From positions 103,912,823 through 103,954,879 of the forward strand of contig NC_068985.1 of assembly GCF_001194135.2 (NCBI RefSeq): a stretch of 42,057 bases of DNA. The letters run 5' to 3'. The notes beneath the pieces were generated by a model. It searched no databases. It was not told the origin of the DNA and was given only the letters and a program-made list of their open reading frames with translations. Position numbers and translations under genes: made by a program. The DNA is from Octopus bimaculoides. Taxonomy: Eukaryota. The stretch's first letter is position 1; every line of letters starts with the position of its first letter. This document shows, piece by piece, positions 24,298-35,374 of the stretch.

Positions 24298-25034
24298 CCT
24301 TTCTGCTCTGGGCCTGAAATTTTGTTAGGAGAGTCTTGTCAATTACATTGATGTCAGGGGTCAACCCTGAAAGGATGAAAGGTGAAGTTAATCTCAATGG
24401 CTTTTGACCTCTTCAAGATGAAATGTTGTGAAACTTTTTGTGTAGTGTAGTAATGAATCTGCCAGAAGGACAAGACTTATGAGGACAATACAAAGACAAA
24501 TTGCTGACATAAAAGCAATGGTCATAAATTTGTGGGGGGGAAATGTTAGTTAAGTCAACTGGATTGTTTGACTGGGAGTTTAATTAACTCACAAAATATT
24601 AAAAGCTAAGTTGACTTCAGTGGGATTTGAACTCAGAATGTAAGGAGCAATAACTAAATGCTGCAAAGGCATTTTGTCTGATGATGTAACTATCTTCCAA
24701 TCCATGATAAAAGTCTGATTGTAGAAAGTATTGTTTTTATGATGCTGAATTATATAAGCAAACAAATACAATTACAGACAGAAGAGGAAGTAGAATATAA
24801 CGGATTATGATGAAATAACAACAAAAATTAATAAAGGGGACAAATAGCTATTCTAAATGTGGCCACTAGGACGAAAATAAAATCAAAATTAATGGAGGGA
24901 ATAAACAAACAAAATAACAAAAAAAGCAAAACTTATTAACCAAATAAACAAGCACAGAGCAAAAGAGAAAAGATAGGGAGAGGAGAGAAGAGAGAGTAAA
25001 GACAGAGAGAGTAAAGACAGAGAGAGATAGAATT

Positions 25035-25087
<53 letters not shown>

Positions 25088-25216
25088 AAAAAAACAAAAG
25101 AGAACAAAACTACGAAACAACCAAAATATTTCTGCTCTAAACACAGAAATTTAGTTCATACCTGACCCATGAGAAAAGACCAAAGTTCACGACAGCAAAC
25201 CTGTTCTTTGCCTAAC

Positions 25217-25270
25217 TCGTTGGACAGGTGTGTAGAAATGGAACGCTTTGCCCGGAGGCTTGTGGACTGT
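25217..25270 (-). CDS. Candidate cryptic/alternative 54-nt phase 1-1 exon (Y)SPQASGQSVPFLHTCPT
   Basis: CTAAC branch-point motif ~40 nt upstream with no intervening AG, acceptor tacag|, weak donor A|gttagg; 93-nt intron from the 25364 donor; in frame. Confidence 0.3.
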
Positions 25271-25363
25271 CTGTATACATATGTGGCCAGAATGGTATGA
25301 AGTGGTTGTTAGGTAGAGCGTTGGTCAGAGGCTAGTTTTGGAACGAGTGCTGGAAGTACTTAC

Positions 25364-25450
25364 ACTGGATTTGGCAGTCCAGACCGGGTCTATTCTCGCT
25401 TTTAACAGACGAGGAAAAAGAAGACACCGAACTTAAAGTTGTCAAGGTGG
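25364..25450 (-). CDS. ETS gene exon, 87 nt, phase 1-1 (S)TLTTLSSVSSFSSSVKSENRPGLDCQIQ
   Basis: Acceptor tctcttttaatttatattgcag|, donor CAGT|gtaagt; read-through past the donor hits TAG at 25334-25332. Confidence 0.82.
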
Positions 25451-27390
25451 CTGCAATATAAATTAAAAGAGAAAGAGGAATTAAAATCATGACAATGTTA
25501 AGGAGACTTCAATTTCAAATTACCATATATGCTAGAACATAAGGTGATTGGGTGTATCAGATTGCTCTGTCCCCAAGTCTTTATTTATAATGTAGGTTTT
25601 CAATTATATTCACTGTATAAAATTAACTAACATTATTTCACAATGGGTTACAAGTGTTAATTTTGGTTCAATGTATGAGAAATTTTCACAAAGTGTTGAG
25701 ACACGTGAGAAGGTGTCACCTTGAACCTTTTCAAGAAATCATGTATTTAAATATTCAAAAGTACCGGTAACTTCAAAGGTTAATGTGATTGGCTTGATTA
25801 ACACACATAACTGACCAATCATATTGGGCTATTGTCTGTAAACAGCTCACAAACTCTTGGTATGTTAATTATGTTAATTAAATGCTACTAATGTACAGCT
25901 GCCCTGAAAGAAACAGGATAAACAGAATGTAACATAGGATCCCAGGTTACTATATACCAATCACTGTAAACAGTGATTGGTGTACAGTGGCCAGGTTTGC
26001 AGTATTGTTGTTTTAAGGTGTTAAACAGCTTACAATTCTTGCATATCTTTTAAACATAACCTTACAATTAATCCAGCTTATGAGACATGCAAAATATTGA
26101 GTAGTAGAATTACAAGTACTATGCGGATGTCTTATGCTGTTCTCCATCACGAATGGCAAAATTTTAAAGCACAGGATGTCAAGATACAGATTATATAATT
26201 TGCGTTTAACTCTTGATACAAACCCACCTGAGACCACCCCCTCGGAGCTATGGAAACATATGTCTTGTGTTAAAGGGAATGAAATTAAAACTTTCATCAA
26301 AATTTTATTATTATTAAGCTGGTTTTTGGAACATGAATATAAAAATAATTTTACTAAATTCATCCTGATTTTCAAAATTAATTTCTACCATACAGAATTG
26401 AATTTCAACATAATCATGAGAACAAAAAGGTCAAGAAAAGCTCTTTTTTTTTTGTGGGGACGAGTAAGGTTCAAATTTCTTATCTATATACAGATGTATT
26501 TCATTAACTATTATTCTTGAGAAGTTTGGTAACAAAGGGACAAAGAGCTCAGGATGAGACGGTAAAAATCTCAGTTCTTATGATTCAGTCATTGTATTAC
26601 TACAATAAAGGAGGTCAGATGATACTCAGAAAGTAGAAATAGGATCAAAATACCAAAAGTTTATAAATGAAATGTTATCAAACAGGGCTTTTACAATGAA
26701 TTCTTGTGTAAGCGTTACCTGCTTTGGAAATGTTAGTTACACTTCCTGCTGTGTAAAGTGAGATGTGAAACTTGTCCTAGTTGTGACAGTATTGCACAAT
26801 AGAAAAATGACAGGCATTTCAATGGCTGACCTAGGGCACCAGTTTATCAAATGTTTTTTAACCCTTGGCAGGATATCAGCTCAGCACTGCAAGTTAACGA
26901 AACAATTTGTCAGTCATATACAGCAACACTACCAAAAACAATGGCTTAACCTCCTCATCATCATGTGACCTACTGAGCAGGAGTACTCATTTTACTGTGT
27001 TCACACTGAGTGAAAATAGACAAATTTTCTGAATGTGATCTCATGCCACAGTATTTGGACAGCATGATCAACAATAAAAACGAGGCTGCCCATGGCTAGA
27101 ATAATGCCAACCAGATCATCTTTTAATCCATTATCATCTCCTTATCACATGGTTTTACATTTTACACACAACAGAGCTGACTAAAAATACTCAAACATCA
27201 CCACCTCCATCACTACAACGCTCCCATTGCTTATATTTTATATTGCTTTCTTTGTGTCCTTTTCAGTAAATACCAGCTTCAAGAAACCTCTTACTTAACT
27301 TACATGGCAGTGGCAAATACAGACAGCATATGATTAAATAAAGTAAATAAAATTTAATTAAATAAACGAGTAAATTAATTATTAACTCAC

Positions 27391-27711
27391 ATGATTCCCT
27401 TCTAATTATATCTTGAATATCTTCCCAGCGTGCTGCCTGATCTTCATGAGAAAGTTCTTGGTGATGAAATTTAGAAATGATTTTATGTTCCTCATAGCTG
27501 GGAGGTGGAGCCCGAGGTAGATCTAGGCAGTGGTCAGCAGTTTCTATATGAAAAGCACTGCCCGGAGAAGCCATCAGAGAGAACGGAAGATCAGTCAGTT
27601 TAGAAGGAACTGTTTGGTCATCTTCTAAATGATGCAGGTCCATGGATTCTAATCCAGCCTCATCACTTATACTGCTGCGAAGGCCAAGGACTTTGTCAAA
27701 GAATTTTTTCT
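27391..27711 (-). CDS. ETS gene N-terminal exon, 321 nt, phase 1-1 (ATG at 27643 may be the start, or the frame continues upstream)
   Basis: Acceptor ttttttcatgaatttccag|, donor TCAT|gtgagt; open frame KKFFDKVLGLRSSISDEAGLESMDLHHLEDD...APPPSYEEH...RWEDIQDIIRRES. Confidence 0.88.
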
Positions 27712-28493
27712 CTGGAAATTCATGAAAAAATAAAAGTTAAAAAGATAAAAATATATATATAAACAACAAATAAATACATTTAGTAATAAAGAGAAATTAT
27801 ATATTTGTTGAGAATAGAATAATCACTGCCACCATCACTATTAACATCAGTATCATCACCACATCTGATTCCCCCACTGGCAGGGATTGGAGGAGCCATC
27901 AAAGTCTTAGTCACCTCCTATTGAGTGTGGCTACTCTCATAAACTGATGGTCATGTGACCTTTGACATGGTTTCTATGGTTATCAGCAAGATGCTCCTAA
28001 CTATCATCAACCAGTTTACAGAATGTATTGGCTACATTTTTCATGGCACCAACACAAGAGAGACTGAATAATGGGATTTCAGAAACCAGTGTATTCTCTA
28101 CTGAGCTTGCCAACTATTTAACAGCATAAACTTATTTTTGTTTCATTGTATGATTAGACAAACACACGGATCTTCATTGCATGTGATATATACAATATTC
28201 TCCTTACCTATATGTAAGTTAGCCAGGATAAGAACCAGGATGTGGTCAGTGTTATATAACAGATGGACTAATGACCAAAATGTATGAGTGGATTAGATTT
28301 TGTGAATGCTGTTGAAACATTTAAGTCTGTGGATAAGAAAGAATACTTCTTGTAACTCAGAGAAAATGAGAAGAGCGAATAGATTGACAGTAATTCTATT
28401 GTTATGAATATATGAATATGGTATGAACTATACAATATATAATATATAAAATAATATATTATTTGTTACTATTATTATTATTACTATTATTAA

Positions 28494-28606
28494 TCAGGTT
28501 GCTGCCGTGAATCGAACTCGGAACCTTGGGGTTAGTAGCCCGCGCTCTTAACCACTACGCCATATGCCCACGGGCATATGGCGTAGTGGTTAAGAGCGTG
28601 GGCTAC
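28494..28606. repeat. Head-to-head palindromic dimer of a tRNA-like (Pol III A/B-box) unit, right arm cut by an N gap
   Basis: Left arm 28494-28569 is the reverse complement of GGGCATATGGCGTAGTGGTTAAGAGCGCGGGCTACTAACCCC...GAGTTCGATTC; right arm 28572-28606 matches 34/35 nt; 2-nt spacer. Confidence 0.85.
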
Positions 28607-29455
28607 NNNNNNNNNNNNNNNNNNNNNNNNNNNNNNNNNNNNNNNNNNNNNNNNNNNNNNNNNNNNNNNNNNNNNNNNNNNNNNNNNNNNNNNNNNNNNN
28701 NNNNNNNNNNNNNNNNNNNNNNNNNNNNNNNNNNNNNNNNNNNNNNNNNNNNNNNNNNNNNNNNNNNNNNNNNNNNNNNNNNNNNNNNNNNNNNNNNNNN
28801 NNNNNNNNNNNNNNNNNNNNNNNNNNNNNNNNNNNNNNNNNNNNNNNNNNNNNNNNNNNNNNNNNNNNNTATATATATATATATATATATATATATGCAT
28901 GTATGTATTCTTTTGATCATTATATGCACGAATATATAAACATATAATCCTTTATCCTTTATAAACATGCATATAAACACACATTCATATATGCATATAT
29001 ACTACATACATACGTGACTATGTGATTCAAATACTGCAGTATAACACACACACACACACACATACACACACACATTATGTGATGTTTGGAAAAGTTGAAT
29101 GTTTAACCAGTCAGTGATGGTTAGAAAGAAATTAATAGCAAGAAGAGGAAAAGGAAAAGATGAAACAAAAGAGGGTGGGAGTGAACTTGCTTATTTTTCT
29201 TCCTTTTTTTTAAATTTCATTTTTATTTATTTATTTATTTTTGTACTTTTTGTCTCTCTGCTATCAGAATCTCTACTGTTTGCTGACTTTCAAACATTTG
29301 TCTTCGCATCAGCTGAGGTTAGAGATCAGAACTGGTTCTATTTACATTTTTTAGTTTAACTTCAGTTTCGAGACTCTGTGAGACTCTGTGGTGGTGGGGT
29401 GGGGTTATTTAAGAAAAGAAAAAAATATTTAGAAAAACATGAACAAGGAATAGAG

Positions 29456-29457
<2 letters not shown>

Positions 29458-29533
<76 letters not shown>

Positions 29534-29697
29534 AAGTAAGATAGTGTGTGATGGAGACAGAGTTAATGTATTTAGGCAAATCTAGAACAGAAAAGAAAGA
29601 AGAGTTGATAGCGAAGGCAGAGATGACAAGAGCGATGATGATGATGATGATGATGACGATGATGATGATGATGATGATGATGATGACGATGATGATA
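29458..29697. repeat. (GA)n and (GAT)n microsatellites
   Basis: Directly visible at 29458-29531 and 29633-29697. Confidence 0.95.
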
Positions 29698-30097
29698 GAG
29701 TCGTTGTGATGGTGGTGGAGGTAACTATGATGGTGTGGTGGTGGTGATAGCATTGACGGTCATGGTGGTGGGAGGAATGTGAGCTAGATATGTAGAATGA
29801 ATGAAATACAATATGAATGAAATNNNNNNNNNNNNNNNNNNNNNNNNNNNNNNNNNNNNNNNNNNNNNNNNNNNNNNNNNNNNNNNNNNNNNNNNNNNNN
29901 NNNNNNNNNNNNNNNNNNNNNNNNNNNNNNNNNNNNNNNNNNNNNNNNNNNNNNNNNNNNNNNNNNNNNNNNNNNNNNNNNNNNNNNNNNNNNNNNNNNN
30001 NNNNNNNNNNNNNNNNNNNNNNNNNNNNNNNNNNNNNNNNNNNNNNNNNNNNNNNNNNNNNNNNNNNNNNNNNNNNNNNNNNNNNNNNNNNNNNNNN

Positions 30098-30152
<55 letters not shown>

Positions 30153-30162
30153 TGGACAGACG

Positions 30163-30198
<36 letters not shown>

Positions 30199-30505
30199 TT
30201 GTGCGATATTGAGCATTTGAATGCCCAGTACTCAATATTAATCATCTGAACGATCAGATATTTCTTTTGAATATGCGAAACTTCAAGCAACGCAACTATT
30301 GATTCAACCTGTTAATACAAGTGCTTATATAGGTGTGTGACTATTCATATCAGCAGCGCATACACATTAATAGACACGCACACACACACCGCATACATAT
30401 ACATAGAGTGGCTTTGTATTGTGTTGTGTACGAAGTTATAACACATCTGTATGAAGTTAAGACAAATATGAGTGTTTCGTATAAAACATACAAGAGAAGA
30501 AAAGT

Positions 30506-30545
<40 letters not shown>

Positions 30546-31580
30546 CTAGACAAACAGAGAGAAGGGGGAGAGAATGAGAGAGGGTTGTAGTATGGAGAAA
30601 GTTACTGTGTGGAGGTATTTAAAAAAAAACAGTATGACAGAGGAAGGGGGAAGGTAAAGAATGAGAAAGAATCAAGAGGGAGGGCAGAAGATGCTGTTAC
30701 AAGTGTCTGGCAGATGTTAACAAAGCATAGTAGTGGAAAGCATTGCTAATTGGACTGAAAGATAGGGCATCGTGAATGAAGGTGACAACCAGTTGAATTT
30801 GGCATACAAATATAAACACACACAAACGGGCACGTACGTACACACACACGGGCACGTACGTACATATACATTGGCCAGACGTAAAGACAATTTATCTCGC
30901 TTTTTTCTTCCTATTGTACCGACTACAAGCACAAACGACGATCTACTTTGCATCCAAGTTTACAGACAGGATTGGAGGGAAATATTGGAAAAACAACTGC
31001 ATGTGTTCACAGCGCACATTACAAATACATGTACACATGGTATGACAAAGAAGAAAAAAAAATAATAATAATGGCAATGGAATGGCCACAAATGAAACGC
31101 TTTGATCATAATTTTAAGTTAAACCCGATCAAGGCCGACCTGGCGCCTAAACATTACCGGTTTTTCTCTTTTTTTATCACTACTGAGAAAATGAACACAA
31201 TAATTACACACACAAAACAGGAGATAGAAAAAGCAATAATATCTGTTAATGTGTGTGTGAGAGAGAGAGTGAGAGAGAGAGAGAGAGAGAGTGAGAGAGA
31301 GAGAGAGAGCATCTAGTCTCAAATACGTCGCTGAAAATTAACCAGAAAAGCAAATTGCTATCAATGTTGTGAGTTTATACAATGGCAGGTCTGTTTGTTG
31401 CTTGATGCTGGGTTTTAAGGGTAGATTTTCACCCTAATTCTGGCGATAACTAAGCCCCTTGCCATCGTGAATGACTGTATGCATATATGTGTATGTGTGT
31501 GTGTGCATTTATATGTGTGCGTTACCCGCACAAATTGTATATCTAAGAATGTCAAAAATAACATTCGCCATATCACTCAC

Positions 31581-31607
31581 CAATTCTGACCCCAACCGAA
31601 CAAATTA
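31581..31607 (-). CDS. Candidate upstream 27-nt phase 1-1 micro-exon of the ETS gene (x)ICSVGVRI
   Basis: Long pyrimidine tract tttttcttttttaatctcattcaag|, donor ATTG|gtgagt; G+AG joins in frame to the 27711 exon. No homology support. Confidence 0.4.
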
Positions 31608-32735
31608 CTTGAATGAGATTAAAAAAGAAAAAGGAGAAAAAAACAAACACGGGTCGTCTTTGTGTTATTTTATTGTATTTCTGTCTTCACCATCCAAAGG
31701 AATTGGAAGAAGTGGCGGGTGGAGGAAACAGGTTTCACCCACCAAACCCTACAAAGAACTACTGCCAAAACGCCCCCACACAGCTCCCTCCCCGACTCAA
31801 AGGCAGAAAGGAAAGAGAAGAAAGGAAACGGGTACACCATTATCATCATAATTGGTAACACCAACCTCACCATCACAAGTTGTAAAATAAAACTTCGCCT
31901 TCCCACCGTGTTACTATTGCTACTAATCAATGGTAAGTACAAGCCCGCCACCCCGCTCCACTTATGCCATTCATTCATCGACCCTGCGGTTATCGTTTTT
32001 TTGGGGGTTTTTTTTTTAATGATTAACATTAATATCGGTTTCTAATTTTGGCACAAAACCAGCAATTTCAGGGACGAGTCGATTACATCGACCCCAAATT
32101 TTATCGACCCTGAAAAGATGCAAGTCGACTTCGGCGGAATTTGAACTCAGAACGTAAAGACGGACGAAATGGCGACGCATTAGTGACAAAGGTGATGATG
32201 ATGATGATGATGATGATGATGGTGATGGTGATGGTGATGATATCAGTCCCTGTCTCCTATCATAAATCCCATTCGCATCAAGGATGCTTTACATAAAATA
32301 CTTTCTCGACCCTTAAAGGATTGGAAGTCAAAGTTGATTCCCGGCGGGGGTTTGAACTTAGAACGTGAAAGGGTGGGATCGCAACGAAACACCACAAGAT
32401 ATTTTCTCCGAATGCTCTCATTATTCTGATAATGCACCCGTAATGAAGTAATGACGGTGGTGTGAGTCGGGTGGGAAGGACAACTAAAAATAGCAGGCGA
32501 AATAATAAACGAAAGTGGGGAGGTTGCACTGGGTTACAAGACGCTATGATCATTGACGGAATGTCTGATCACAAATCTGCTCAGTCAGGATCCGTGTCCT
32601 AGGGTTAATCAACAATGACAATGTTGATGGTGGTGATGTGATAGTGAAGATGATTGTGACGATATCTGGAAATGAAGCCAATGGAAATGGTGGTGATGAC
32701 GTTAGAAGAATAAAAGAATATATATATATATATAT

Positions 32736-33177
32736 CCTTTTACTTGTTTCAAGTCATTTGACTGCGGCCATGCTGGAGCACCGCCTTTAGTCGAACAAAT
32801 CGACCCCAAAACTTATTCTTTGTAAGCCTAGTATTTATTCTATCGGTCTCTTTTGCCAATATATATATATATATATATATATAAATATATATTGCCAATT
32901 ATCTTGGGCAAGTGTCTTCTACTATAGCCTCGGGCCGACCAAAGCCTTGTGAGTGGATTTGGTAGACGGAAACTGAAAGAAGCCCGTCGTATATATGTAT
33001 ATATATATATGTGTGTGTATGTGTTTGTGTGTCTGTGTTTGTGCCCCCAACATCGTTTGACAACCGATGCAGACCGATAGAATAAGTACTAGGCTTCTAA
33101 AGAATGAATCCTGTTGTCGATTTGCTCGACTAAAGGCAGTGCTCCAGCATGGCTACAGTCAAAAGACTGAAACAAGT
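32736..33177. mobile_element. Two family-1 SINE pieces in inverted orientation (minus 32736-32859; plus 32903-33177)
   Basis: The 3' halves are reverse complements of one another (e.g. ACTTGTTTCAAGTCATTTGACTGCGGCCATGCTGGAGCAC vs GTGCTCCAGCATGGCTACAGTCAAAAGACTGAAACAAGT). Confidence 0.8.
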
Positions 33178-34989
33178 GATAGAGGACACAGATATCAGTG
33201 AATAATTTCACTTTTTATATATATAAAACTTTGGTGAAAGTTTTGAGTTCCCAACCAATCAAATCTAGAGATTACCAAAAAAATAAACGAAAATCATATT
33301 CGTTTTTATTTCCACCATCATCATCTCACTTCTTTCACAGACCTCACCACTCCGTCCGGCCCTTTTTTTTCTTTATCTTTTCTTTTTCTTTTGGCATCCT
33401 TACTTAAAAAATAAATCCCATACCCACCGCATCACCTACTATCACGCTACTACCAACTGCCATCGCCGTCACCGCACTCATAACACTCATTTTCGTGCTA
33501 ACTCCATCACCATCATATAATACCGCCCGTACCACATATAGCATCAACGACTAGCACCCAGAAACAGCCGCGACACCCACCTGCCACCATTACCAGCACC
33601 ACGGCCATCATCCACCTCACTGTCATTTATTCCTGTGCCCCTAAAAATCTTCACACACACACGCATCCCNNNNNNNNNNTAGATAGATACATAGTAGATA
33701 GATATCAGTAAGTAAGCCAAAGTATCAACTCAAACCAGCAGACAGACAGACAGACGGACACACAGATAGCTCAGCAGGCAAGCAGGCAGACAGGCCAGCA
33801 GCAGGCATGCAGGCAGACAGGCAAGCAGGCTGACAGACCAGCAACAGGCATGCATGCAGACAGGCAGACAGACAGCGACTACTTTCACTTCTGACATCTA
33901 ATAGCGTGATAGTGCCGCAGCAGTAGTAGTAGTAGTAGTAGTAGGGTCTCTCTGAGAATTCTTTTGGCTTTTTAAATCTTATTTATTCTTCGCTGTTTTT
34001 CGTCTTGCAAAGCGGAGCCAATATATTAAATAGAAGGGAAGAGCGGAAGAAGTAGAGAGAGCATAACAACAACAGCAATAATAATAATAATAATAATCCT
34101 TTCAACTGAAGAAGGCACAAGGCCCGAAATGTTGGGGGAGAGGACTAGTCGATTACATTCGAAAGAATGAAAGACAGAGTCGACCTCGATGAAATTTGAA
34201 TTCAGAATGATGCTAAACTGTTCGTCCAATACATTAATGTTTCTGCCAGCGCGCCGCAATTTTTTTAACATCATTTCTTTTATTGCCAACAAGGGTCCAA
34301 GACTTTGAGGACAATAATTAAAGGACAATATATTAATACATAAAGCAGGCTTACAGTAATGAAAAGCAAATCATCTAAAATAAAAGTTACATAACAAACA
34401 AAATTATCAAAAGACTTCAGTGATTTTAGAAAGTTAAAGAAACCGTAGTGTGAATGTCGAGGTTGTTACTGTAATTTAACCCCAGGTCATTATGAGAAAA
34501 TTCAATCAAACTGTGACCATCACGTCTTTCATTTCTTTTGTCTGTCTGCAAGGAATTTAACGTGTCCCTTTTTATTTTTCTGGCAGAACGGATTCATAAA
34601 CTCTGGGTAAGCTTAGACGACAGCCTTTATGTAATCGCTTGACCAACAAGATTCAGCAGCTAGATATCCTTCAATTCATACCGTATCGTCTAAAAATGGT
34701 TGCATATACGAGATGGCTCAGTTTTGGATATATTCTTTTCTACTCTAGGCACAAGGCCCGAAATTTTGGGGGAGTGGAGCCAGTTGATTAGATCGACCCA
34801 GTACGCAACTGGTACTTATTAGTTTCTCTTAAGGCCGTCGTATTATTGTTTCTCAAAAGTACAAAAAACTTGATTTTTGTCGGGGGAAAGAGAGCATCAC
34901 CAAAAACCACAACGAAATGCCTCTACAAGCGAGATATAGCAGCTAAACTTCCCATAAATCACAGTCTACAGGTTTTAAGGAATGGAAGA

Positions 34990-35374
34990 GGCGATCTTAC
35001 GGTACGAATCCAAAATATCGGCCTTTTCCGTAAAAAGTGTCTTCGGCGATCTTTACCAAAGATCGGCCTTTTCCGTAAAAAGTGTTGGAGAGAAACAGGG
35101 AAACGACGTCATGACAGCGAAAGACTTACAGAGAGCGCGATTTCTTTTCAAGGGTTTACGGTAAGGGTTACGGTTACGGTTAGGGTTTGGGAATTCCGTC
35201 CCTAACCGTAACACTAACCATAACCCTAAAACCCTGACACTAAAACCCTAACCCTAACACCGTAGTGAAGATCGTGTGGGTGTTACGGAAAAGGCCGATC
35301 TTTGGTAAAGATCGTCGAAGACACTTTTTTACGGAAAAGGCCGATATTTTGGACTCGTACGGCGTAAGATCGCC
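34990..35374. mobile_element. Merlin-like MITE with ~90-bp TIRs and internal telomere-like repeats
   Basis: TIRs 34990-35078 and 35283-35374 begin GGCGATC; exact 8-bp TSD ATGGAAGA at 34982-34989 and 35375-35382; each TIR has a duplicated ATCGGCCTTTTCCGTAA unit. Superfamily inferred from GG termini plus 8-bp TSD. Confidence 0.8.

Noticed and set aside
35152-35258. True chromosomal telomere fusion site
   Set aside because: The repeats are short, degenerate and enclosed by TIRs and a TSD, so they are part of a transposon.
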